Part shown: piece by piece, positions 56,174 to 64,000 of the stretch
Position numbering within the stretch: position 1 is the first letter of the stretch
How the letters are laid out: the number at the start of each line of letters is the position of its first letter
Assembly (NCBI GenBank): GCA_049720225.1
Contig: JBNASD010000003.1
Location: 143 to 64,142 of the forward strand
DNA from: Microgenomates group bacterium
Lineage (GTDB): Bacteria > Patescibacteriota > Microgenomatia > PFEM01 > JBNASD01
Length of the DNA: 64,000 nt
Direction: 5' to 3'
Translations under genes and position numbers: made by a program
The notes under the pieces: model-generated
What the model saw: only the letters and a program-made list of their open reading frames with translations
Databases searched by the model: none
Told to the model about the DNA's origin: nothing

Positions 56174-57937
56174 ATGACCAAAGTGTCGATAATTTTTTTT
56201 CTTGGCTTAATAATCCGGTTATTTTTAATTCCCGCCCCTGGTTTTGAAGCGGATATTGCTTTTTGGAAATCGTGGAGCTTAGCGGCGGAAGAAAAAGGAA
56301 TCAATTGGCTTACCCAAAATACCAATTATAACTATCCTTCCGGTTTTGCCTTAATATTATGGTTGGTAGGAAAAATTTATCGCCTTTTTGCCGACCCCCA
56401 GAATTACAATCAATACTGGAATGCCCATAATTTTTTATATTTATTTTTAATCAAACTTATTCCTATTTTTTCCGACATTTTCCTTGCTTTAGGAATTTTT
56501 TTGTTTTTTAGTCAACCAGAAAAAATTAACCTTCCACCAAAAATCAAAAAACTAGCTCCTTTTTTGGCCGGCGCTTATTTTTTTCACCCATTAGTTCTTT
56601 ATGACGGTGTCTGGTGGGGACAGGTTGATAGTTTAGGGGCGGTATTTTTAGTTTGGAGTTTAATTTTTCTTTTTTGGCAAAAACCAGTTTTAGGAGCAAT
56701 AACCTTAACCGCCGGTTTTCTTTTAAAAATGCAATTGATGATTTTTTTACCTCTTTTTTTTATTATTTTATGGATTTATTGGTCTTGGAAAACTATGATT
56801 AAAGGAATTATCGCTTCTTTTCTTACTTTTTTATTTCTTTCTTTTCCATTTTTATTAGCCAATAATTTAGGACGAACCTTTACCTTAATTACCCAAAACG
56901 CTGATTGGTTTCCCCTTCTTTCTTTGCGAGCAGATAATTTTTGGTGGCTTTATTCGTGGGGAAAAGGAATGACTACTAGCGATAAAATTCTTACCCTCGG
57001 CATTATCCAAGCAAAAACTTTAGGTTTAATTTTATTCTCTGCTGGTTATCTTTTAGCTTTATTCGCCCTCCTTCCTAAACCTACTCCCCAAAAAATTTTA
57101 ATTAGTTTTTCTTTAGCCGGTTTTTCTTTTTTTCTTTTCCCTACTCAAAGCCATGAACGTTATCTTTTTCCTACGTTAGTCCTTTTATTATTCCTTGTCC
57201 CTTTTTATTGGGAGGATAAAAAGAAAAATATCTTTATTACTCTTCTTACCACCCTTTCTTTGGCTTCCTTAATTAATCTCAACAGTGCAATGAAAAACAA
57301 TTATCCTCACAACAGTTGGCCGTTTTTGGACTTTACTGCCAAAGGAGAAGGAGATATTCTTGTCTCTTTCGTTAATCTGGGAGCTTTTTTTTGGCTTTTA
57401 AATTTCTGGCGAAAAGAAATTAGCAGAATAGGATTAATTAGCGCTTGTTTTTTGATATTGCTAGGAATTATTTGGGGAAACTTAAAGTTTTTTTTAGGAA
57501 AACCAATTTCTTTAAGTTCTCTTAAACCCATTGATTATTCTCAAGATTTTGGCTCTCCTCAATTTAATTTAGCAGTTCAATCAACTTTTGGACCAAAAAG
57601 TTGGTCATTTTTAAGCGTTAACTGGTTTTTTTATCGGAAAGGAATTGGCACCCACGCTAATTCGAAAATCTCTTGGGATTTAGGTGGTCGGTTTAGTAAA
57701 TTTTTTACTGGTTATGGTGTAGATAGTTTAGCCAACCAATCTGCCTCAGTGATTTTTGAAATTTGGGGAGATGACCAACTTCTTTTCCGTTCCTCAAAAA
57801 TCACCCGCGCTGACCTTCCTCAAGCCACTGAAGTTTCCGTTAAAGGGGTAAAGACTTTAACGTTAGTGGTTAATGATGCCGGTGATGGCATTTATAGTGA
57901 CCATGCCGATTGGCTAGAACCAAGGCTTTATAAATAA
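56174..57937 (+). CDS. GT-C (mannosyltransferase-like) membrane protein with C-terminal NPCBM/NEW2 domain
   Basis: NYP, WWGQVDS, HERY; KGIGTHANS...GVD...DAGDGIYSDHADW. Confidence 0.8.
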   Translation: MTKVSIIFFLGLIIRLFLIPAPGFEADIAFWKSWSLAAEEKGINWLTQNTNYNYPSGFALILWLVGKIYRLFADPQNYNQYWNAHNFLYLFLIKLIPIFSDIFLALGIFLFFSQPEKINLPPKIKKLAPFLAGAYFFHPLVLYDGVWWGQVDSLGAVFLVWSLIFLFWQKPVLGAITLTAGFLLKMQLMIFLPLFFIILWIYWSWKTMIKGIIASFLTFLFLSFPFLLANNLGRTFTLITQNADWFPLLSLRADNFWWLYSWGKGMTTSDKILTLGIIQAKTLGLILFSAGYLLALFALLPKPTPQKILISFSLAGFSFFLFPTQSHERYLFPTLVLLLFLVPFYWEDKKKNIFITLLTTLSLASLINLNSAMKNNYPHNSWPFLDFTAKGEGDILVSFVNLGAFFWLLNFWRKEISRIGLISACFLILLGIIWGNLKFFLGKPISLSSLKPIDYSQDFGSPQFNLAVQSTFGPKSWSFLSVNWFFYRKGIGTHANSKISWDLGGRFSKFFTGYGVDSLANQSASVIFEIWGDDQLLFRSSKITRADLPQATEVSVKGVKTLTLVVNDAGDGIYSDHADWLEPRLYK

Positions 57938-57958
57938 ATTACCAATTGCAAATTTTCA

Positions 57959-60223
57959 ATGAGAAATCAATTTAACAATTTTCAAATAAAAGGAAAAAAT
58001 ATAAAAAATTTCAAAAGCCTTAGAAAAAAAATCTGGATTTTCTTTTTGTTAGCGGCAATCATTTTTAATTTCCTCACTCTTTGGCCGGAGTTAACAACTC
58101 GTTTAGACCCCAATGATAATATTTTTCAATTTGGATTAGTTCAAAGAATGGCGCAAATTTGGGATTTAGTTTTTACCGGCAAAATTTCTCCTTTGTCTTT
58201 AATTGACCATTGGGTTCCAGCCTGGGTGCTTGGTTATCCTCTTCCCTATTACTACCAACATCTTCCTCATCTGATTATTGTGATTTTCTATAAACTTTTA
58301 TTACAAAAGGTAAACTTATATAACATTTTTAAAATAGTAAAATTTCTTCTTTGGGTTAGTTATCCCCTTGCTCTTTATCAATCCGGTCGCTGGTTTGGCT
58401 TTTCCAAAATTACCTCTGCTTTAATGGCTTTCTTTGGTTCGCAAATCATTACCGATGGTCTTTATGGAGCGGATATTGTTAGCTTTGCCTGGCGAGGATA
58501 TGGTTTAACCACCCAACTTTTTGCCTTAATTTTTACTCCCCTGGCTTTCGCTTACGGTTGGCGAATTTTAAATCAAAACAAAATCTCTTTTCGTCAAATA
58601 GCTTGGTTAACCCTGCTTTTATCCGCCAGTTTTGCCTCTCATTTAGCTTTTGGTTATTTTGTTTGTTTTTCTTTATTATTTGCCCCCTTAGCTTTTCTTC
58701 CTTGGGAAAGACTACCTTATTTTTTAACTAACTTTGCCGAAGAAAAACTTCGCTGGCAACAATTGTTAAAACCAGTTTTTAAAAAATATCAAATTTTATT
58801 TCTGACTTTTTTAACCACTTTTCTTCTTTTAAGCTACTGGTTTATTCCCCTCTTTCTCCATAATCAATACCACAATATTTCTTTTTGGGATTCACCTTTA
58901 AAATGGAACTCTTACGGAGCCAAGGAAGTTATCGTGATGTTTTTAAGCGGCCAGCTCTTTGATTTTGGCCGACCACCGATTTTAACCGCCTTGGTAATTG
59001 GCGGTTTATTTTTGGCTCTTTCTCGATTTAAACCCCGTCACCGATTTTTGGTTTTTCTTTTTGGCTTTTGGTTTGCCTTGTATTTTGGGAGAACCACTTG
59101 GGGAAAATTAATCGACCTTCTACCAATGATGAGGGAAATGCACCAACAGCGGTTAGTGAATAGCTTACATATAGTTTGTATCTTTTTGATAGGTTTATTT
59201 GGAGGGTTTCTCTGGCGAAAAATTAAAAATTTGGCAATTAAATTGAAAATAAAACCTACTTTTATTGTTTCTTCTATCCTTTTTATCATCTTAGGAATTC
59301 CTGTTTATAAGGCAAACTGGCAGTATTTAAAACTTAATTCTTCGTGGATTAAACAGGATAATCAAGCTTATGAGCAAATAAAAAATGACTATCAGGCGCT
59401 AATAAACTATCTTAAAAGTCTTCCCCCAGGAAGAATTTATATCTTTAAAAAAACCAAGGACGGTCAACCATTCAATATTGGCCAAACCGCTATCTTTTTG
59501 GCTTTAAGCCGGGAAACTTTTCCCACCGTTGGTTTTCTTCCAGAAACTTGGTCACTTAATAGCGATATTGAACTTTTATTTGACGAAAACAATCCCCAAC
59601 ATTATCGCCTTTTCAATGTCCGTTGGGTAGTTTTGCCCCACGATAATCCTTTACCTGATTTTATGAAAGAAAAAGCAGTTTTTGGTCCTTTTAAGGTAGC
59701 AGAAGTGGAAAGCGGCGGTTATTTTACCCTCGGTACCAGTCAATTAAAAGTTAAAACGAACAAAGAGAATATTTTTAACTTTCTTCATTTATGGTTTTGG
59801 TCTGACAAACCTACGCAAAATGAGTTTCCTACTTTAGAACTTAATGGAGAAGATCCTCAACCACCAGTTTTTAATTCCCTTCCTTATTCCCATTTTTCCC
59901 CACCTAAAAATTTGGGAATTATTGATGAAGAAAAAGTAGAAGATGAAAAATATCAAGCAAAATTTACCGTTGCCGACTCTTGTCAAAATTGCCTTTTGGT
60001 TTTCAAAATGACTTATCATCCCAACTGGCAAGTATTTCTGGATGGTCAAAAAGCAGAAAAAATAATGGTTTTTCCCAGTTTTATCGCCCTTAAAGTCTCC
60101 CCAGGTGCGCATCAGGTAGTTTTTTATTACCAACCTTATTGGCTAAAAATCCCCCTTTTAATTATTGGTTGGCTTGTCTTTTTCTTTTTTGTTTTTAAAA
60201 GAAAATTTTTATTAAGGGATTAA
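57959..60223 (+). CDS. YfhO-like polytopic membrane protein (GT-C related)
   Basis: WVPAWVLGYPLPYYY; LSYWFIP; TYHPNWQVFLDG...VSPGAHQVVFYY. Confidence 0.72.
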   Translation: MRNQFNNFQIKGKNIKNFKSLRKKIWIFFLLAAIIFNFLTLWPELTTRLDPNDNIFQFGLVQRMAQIWDLVFTGKISPLSLIDHWVPAWVLGYPLPYYYQHLPHLIIVIFYKLLLQKVNLYNIFKIVKFLLWVSYPLALYQSGRWFGFSKITSALMAFFGSQIITDGLYGADIVSFAWRGYGLTTQLFALIFTPLAFAYGWRILNQNKISFRQIAWLTLLLSASFASHLAFGYFVCFSLLFAPLAFLPWERLPYFLTNFAEEKLRWQQLLKPVFKKYQILFLTFLTTFLLLSYWFIPLFLHNQYHNISFWDSPLKWNSYGAKEVIVMFLSGQLFDFGRPPILTALVIGGLFLALSRFKPRHRFLVFLFGFWFALYFGRTTWGKLIDLLPMMREMHQQRLVNSLHIVCIFLIGLFGGFLWRKIKNLAIKLKIKPTFIVSSILFIILGIPVYKANWQYLKLNSSWIKQDNQAYEQIKNDYQALINYLKSLPPGRIYIFKKTKDGQPFNIGQTAIFLALSRETFPTVGFLPETWSLNSDIELLFDENNPQHYRLFNVRWVVLPHDNPLPDFMKEKAVFGPFKVAEVESGGYFTLGTSQLKVKTNKENIFNFLHLWFWSDKPTQNEFPTLELNGEDPQPPVFNSLPYSHFSPPKNLGIIDEEKVEDEKYQAKFTVADSCQNCLLVFKMTYHPNWQVFLDGQKAEKIMVFPSFIALKVSPGAHQVVFYYQPYWLKIPLLIIGWLVFFFFVFKRKFLLRD

Positions 60224-60804
60224 TAAAAAAAATTTTCTTTTTAAATTTATTAATTTAAACAATTAAATTCTTAAAATTTAATTTAAGACGGTAAATAAGA
60301 GATAAAAAAAGAAAATTTTCGACTAATCAATAAAATCAAAAATCTGCTAAAAAAATCTTATAAAGTTTTATTCTAGGACGTCAAAATTCCCTGTTTTTTT
60401 AAACATTTTTAAAACAAAAAAGTTTTTATAAATTATTTTTTAAAAATTGTGTGTTCTTTTTTAATAAAAATTTTATGATTTATTTTTAATTAACCCTTTA
60501 AATAAAAAACTTTCCCCTTTTTATTAACTTTCATTTAAAAATCTTTTAAAAAATGGCTTTTAAGTTATAGGATTAAAGTTTTACTTTTTAACTTAAATAT
60601 ATCTTAATATATCATTTGCCATTTTTACCTTAGTTTTTGATTGTTGATATATTTAGATATTTTATGTATATATTAAAATGGGTATTTTGCGGTAATTATT
60701 ATCAGTGAAAATAAAAGTGAAAATAAAAACTCCCCCTAAAAACGAACTTCCGAGGCATTTTTTTATACCTGTTCTAAATATATCAAATTTAACAATCTCA
60801 TCTC

Positions 60805-60833
60805 TTGACAAACCTAAAAAATCTTATTATAGT
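60805..60833 (+). promoter_or_regulatory. Sigma70-type promoter for the 60903 gene
   Basis: TTGACA-17 nt-TATAGT. Confidence 0.65.
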
Positions 60834-60902
60834 AGATTTAAATAAAATATAATCTTGATATAATCAGTATAATTTGAACCTAAATTTGAAATTGCGGAAA
60901 AA

Positions 60903-61382
60903 ATGAACCTGCCCGAAAAATTTAAGCTTTATTTAATAACGCAAAAGTCTTCGCCGGTAACGGTTAAAAATTATGTGGCAGATATTAAAAAATTCCTTGA
61001 CTGGTTAGCCAAAAAAACCGGTATTCTCTATCAAGTCGCTGGGGCTTCTATTTTCGGCCTTTTTACTAAAGAAACAATCCTCGAATATCAGCAGGACTTA
61101 ATGAGTGCTAAAATTCCCTCATCAACAATTAATCGCTATTTATCGGCTCTTCGTAAATTTGGTGATTTTGCTTTAAGCCAAGGATGGCTCCAAAGTAATC
61201 CTGCAGATGAAATTAATAACGTTAGTTTGGAAAAAATAAAAACTTTTACCGCTGAAAACGATCAGGAAAAACTTTTAGCAGAATTTCAAAAGGACTTAGA
61301 GAAAGAAAAAGTCAGTTCCCTGACGATTAAAAACTATTTAGTCGATATTCGTCATTTTTTAAGTTGGTTAAAGAGAAATTAA
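60903..61382 (+). CDS. Tyrosine-recombinase core-binding (integrase N-terminal SAM-like) domain protein, 1.5 domains, no catalytic domain
   Basis: SPVTVKNYVADIKKFLDW...STINRYLSALRKF...NPA, then SSLTIKNYLVDIRHFLSWL*. Confidence 0.8.
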   Translation: MNLPEKFKLYLITQKSSPVTVKNYVADIKKFLDWLAKKTGILYQVAGASIFGLFTKETILEYQQDLMSAKIPSSTINRYLSALRKFGDFALSQGWLQSNPADEINNVSLEKIKTFTAENDQEKLLAEFQKDLEKEKVSSLTIKNYLVDIRHFLSWLKRN

Positions 61383-61422
61383 AAAAATTTTTAAAACTAA
61401 ACTAACCTATCTAAAAATAAAT

Positions 61423-61489
61423 AATCCCCCCAATTTAGGGGGGCGTGATTAAGTTAATTTTATAACATAATGAAACAACTCTTGTCAAG
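61423..61489 (-). repeat. Direct repeat 1 flanking NYN: antisense promoter plus hairpin
   Basis: Minus strand TTGACA-18-(TG)TATAAA, then TAATCACG-CCCCCC-TAAATT-GGGGGG-ATTATTTATTTT. Confidence 0.7.
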
Positions 61490-62048
61490 CCAACCAGAAC
61501 AAATTTTAAAACTTAAGGGGCCAACGGTGGTGATTGTTGATTGGGCTAATGTCCATGGATGGGAGGAAAAACTCCGTTGGGAAATTGATTTGAAAAAACT
61601 TTATCGATATCTTAAGAGTTATCCGCAAATTCAAGAATTTCGTTTCTATTTTGGTACCGACGCTCATCCGGCTTCAAAACAACAGTTAAAACAAGCTCAA
61701 GAAATCGGTTTTAAAGTAATTACTAAAACGGTGAAATATCTCCCAATAAAAGACAAAAATATTGTCATTTGGAAAAGAAAGTGCGATTTCGACTTGGAAA
61801 TTGGCTTGGATTGTTTTGAAATGTTGGAAAAATTTGCTGGATTTATCTTTTTTAGCGGTGATGGTGATTTTGCTGCTTTATATCGCCGATTGGTGAAAAG
61901 AAAAAAACAGGTAATTGTGGTGGCTACTAAGTGGTCTTTAGGAAAAGAAATTACGCAAATTAAAAGAGGAGTTTATATCTTGCGGGTAAATAAACTTAAA
62001 AGTTTTATAAAAAAATCCCCCCGATTGAAAAATCGGGGGTGCGATTAG
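61470..62048 (+). CDS. NYN domain (LabA/DUF88, PIN-like) predicted ribonuclease
   Basis: IVDWAN, KCDFD, FSGDGDF acidic motifs. Confidence 0.88.
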   Translation: MKQLLSSQPEQILKLKGPTVVIVDWANVHGWEEKLRWEIDLKKLYRYLKSYPQIQEFRFYFGTDAHPASKQQLKQAQEIGFKVITKTVKYLPIKDKNIVIWKRKCDFDLEIGLDCFEMLEKFAGFIFFSGDGDFAALYRRLVKRKKQVIVVATKWSLGKEITQIKRGVYILRVNKLKSFIKKSPRLKNRGCD

Positions 62049-62082
62049 TTATTTTATAACATAACCAAAATTTTTTGTCAAG
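62014..62082 (-). repeat. Direct repeat 2 flanking NYN: antisense promoter plus terminator hairpin
   Basis: Minus strand TTGACA-17-(TG)TATAAA, then TAATCGCA-CCCCCGATT-TTTC-AATCGGGGG-GA-T7. Confidence 0.7.
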
Positions 62083-62084
62083 AA

Positions 62085-64000
62085 ATGGAAATTACTAAAC
62101 AACAAATAACCAATTACCAACGCCGTTTACAGGAGTTGGGGCTTTCCCCCTCCTCAATTAAACGCCGAATGGCGGCGGTGCGCAAATTTTGTCAGTGGGC
62201 GGTAGAGAAAGGCTATCTAGCGAAAAATCCTTTTGCTCAACCAGTCACCGCGCCACGTTGGGTAAATAGATTTTTGGGTACCCAATTACCAAAAGGCGAA
62301 CCTAAAACTTGGCGGGAAAAAATTCTTGCTAAAATTCAACCCTTCCTCACTTCCCTTTTAACAAATATATCAAAAATTTACCAAGCATATACTTCTATAT
62401 CAATTACCCGCTACCTCCATTGGGCAATTTTGATTGTTTTGTGTACCGCCTTAGGATTTGGAATTTACGACCAGTTTATCCGTAAAGCGCCAGAAAAATT
62501 AGCTTATCCAAGCGTTCCTACTCCTCCCAAAAGATATTTAAGCTTTCAGGGGCGATTAACTGATTCTTCTAATAATCCCATCACTTCCGCTACAGAGATA
62601 ACTTTTAAGTTATGGAATCATGCTACTAATAATACCGAAGTCAGTTGCGATGGGGGCGGAGACGAAAACTGTTTATGGAGTTCAGGAACCTGCACCGTCA
62701 CTCCTGACCAGGATGGAATCTTTAATGTTATTTTGGGAACTACTTCTGGAGATGGTTATTCTTGTCCTTCGGCAACAGAAATTAGCGCCTCGGTTTTTAC
62801 CGAAAATGTTGAAGTTTGGCTGGGAGTAAAAGTTGATGGTGACGATGAAATGACGCCGCGGGTACAAATTGCCTCAGTGGCTTATGCTCTAAACGCCGCC
62901 ACTTTACAAGGTTTGCCCCCAGGCACTACCGCCTCCACTATCCCCTATATTAACTCTGAAGGAAAATTAGTAATTGCCGCTTCCTCTCCTACCATTGAAT
63001 CTACCTCCGGCACTTTTGCCATAAAAGGTCAAGCACTAACCATTACCACCGCCACCGGTTCTGATGGTAATATCACCTTAGCACCTGATGGATCGGGAGT
63101 GATAAACCTTATTCTTAACGCTCCAAAGGGAAATTTGCTAAATGCCTCGGCGGCAAATTTGGGAGCAAGCGGTCAAAAAGAAGAAAATACCCTTTATTAT
63201 GGTGTCGTGGCCAACGATAACACTAATTTTAATTTATTAAAACTAGAGTCCGGCTCTACCCCCACCCCAAAATTTACTATTGATGCTTTAGGTAATGCTT
63301 CCGCCGCTGGGAATTTACGAATTTTAGGAACAGGAAATAATTTTTTTGCTGGCAATGTGGGAATCGGTACTACCAATCCCGCTTACGGTTTAGATGTAGC
63401 TTTAGTTTCAAGTGGAATTTCCGGTAGATTCTCCGGAAGAGTCATTGGTGCGGATGCGGTAAATAGTAATGAGTTTGTAACGTTGGCGCAATTACAAGGA
63501 GGAAGTGGGAGTTTGTGGTTGGATGGTGGAGATTATCTTTATCCCAATTCTTCTTTTGCGACCAGTGTCATGGTACCTTCAGGAAATATTGGGATTGGAG
63601 TAACAGGAACTTCCGGATACAATCTTTATGTTTCCGGAACTGCTAATGTTTCTACTTCTTTAACTACACCTTTGATTATTGGTTCTTCTTCTTTAGCTTT
63701 AAGACCAGCTTCTAATTCTACTACCGCTATTCAATTACAAAATGCTTCAGGAACACCAATATTAAATATAGATACGACAAATCAAAGAATTGGAATTGGA
63801 ACTACTGCTCCTTCCTATTCCTTAGATGTTTCCGGAACCTTAAGAACCACGGATATCTCTTGGCTAGGAAGTGGGTTAACTGGACAGGGACTATATATCA
63901 ATTCCTCTGGTAACGTTGGCATCGGGACGACGGGACCACAACAAAAATTAGATGTTCGTGGAAGAATTTTTGTAGGAGATGCTTATGAGGACAGCGGTGC
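62085..64000 (+). CDS. Giant membrane-anchored fibre/adhesin-like protein with N-terminal half integrase core-binding domain (partial, runs off window; not in ORF track)
   Basis: Manual translation is open to the window end: MEITKQQITNYQRRLQELGLSPSSIKRRMAAVRKFCQWAVEKGYLAKNPF; TM WAILIVLCTALGFGIY; LSFQGRLTD; PRVQIASVAYALNA; GNVGIGTT-type repeats. Confidence 0.88.
   Translation, partial: MEITKQQITNYQRRLQELGLSPSSIKRRMAAVRKFCQWAVEKGYLAKNPFAQPVTAPRWVNRFLGTQLPKGEPKTWREKILAKIQPFLTSLLTNISKIYQAYTSISITRYLHWAILIVLCTALGFGIYDQFIRKAPEKLAYPSVPTPPKRYLSFQGRLTDSSNNPITSATEITFKLWNHATNNTEVSCDGGGDENCLWSSGTCTVTPDQDGIFNVILGTTSGDGYSCPSATEISASVFTENVEVWLGVKVDGDDEMTPRVQIASVAYALNAATLQGLPPGTTASTIPYINSEGKLVIAASSPTIESTSGTFAIKGQALTITTATGSDGNITLAPDGSGVINLILNAPKGNLLNASAANLGASGQKEENTLYYGVVANDNTNFNLLKLESGSTPTPKFTIDALGNASAAGNLRILGTGNNFFAGNVGIGTTNPAYGLDVALVSSGISGRFSGRVIGADAVNSNEFVTLAQLQGGSGSLWLDGGDYLYPNSSFATSVMVPSGNIGIGVTGTSGYNLYVSGTANVSTSLTTPLIIGSSSLALRPASNSTTAIQLQNASGTPILNIDTTNQRIGIGTTAPSYSLDVSGTLRTTDISWLGSGLTGQGLYINSSGNVGIGTTGPQQKLDVRGRIFVGDAYEDSG

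Noticed and set aside
60224-60902. oriC (also considered for 8160..8550)
   Set aside because: No TTATCCACA-type DnaA boxes seen and no dnaA/dnaN nearby
60903-61382. Functional integrase or prophage boundary
   Set aside because: No catalytic R-H-R-Y domain and no phage structural genes in the window
61459-62075. dif/pdif sites flanking NYN (TTATGTTA resembles the XerD arm)
   Set aside because: No XerC-like arm 6 nt away; the TTGACA spacing fits a promoter better
806-62867. Short overlapping ORFs in the track (e.g. 806..1069, 8936..9313, 12735..13013, 31348..31605, 44688..44951, 62620..62829, 62682..62867)
   Set aside because: They are antisense or alternate-frame shadows of well-supported genes

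Overview
AT-rich bacterial chromosomal segment using genetic code 11 (TGA acts as stop). Gene content and style suggest a CPR/Patescibacteria (Microgenomates-like) genome; this is inferred, not proven. Layout: 1-7.4 kb secreted Cys-rich, dockerin-like and glycosidase-like proteins sharing a shuffled C-terminal module; 7.4-32 kb housekeeping and accessory genes (WecB/TagA, mreB, two abutting tRNAs, kinase-like, M18/M16/S41 peptidases, ndk, argS, clpB, comEA/comEC, PP2C-like, leuS); 32-38 kb WxL/DUF916-like surface cluster; 38-60 kb large surface-glycosylation locus (GT2, GT-C-like membrane proteins, methyltransferases, three radical SAM enzymes). The 60.9-64 kb region is the most unusual. An integrase core-binding (SAM-like) domain appears split between a small soluble protein and the N-terminus of a membrane-anchored fibre-like giant protein that is missing from the ORF track. 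Between them lies an NYN nuclease gene flanked by two direct repeats, each resembling an antisense promoter plus terminator for a ~40-nt RNA. Two dispersed repeat families (a REP-like hairpin, 7 copies, and heptamer arrays linked to a four-helix-bundle gene) also run through the window. All family calls come from motifs read by eye; no searches were run.
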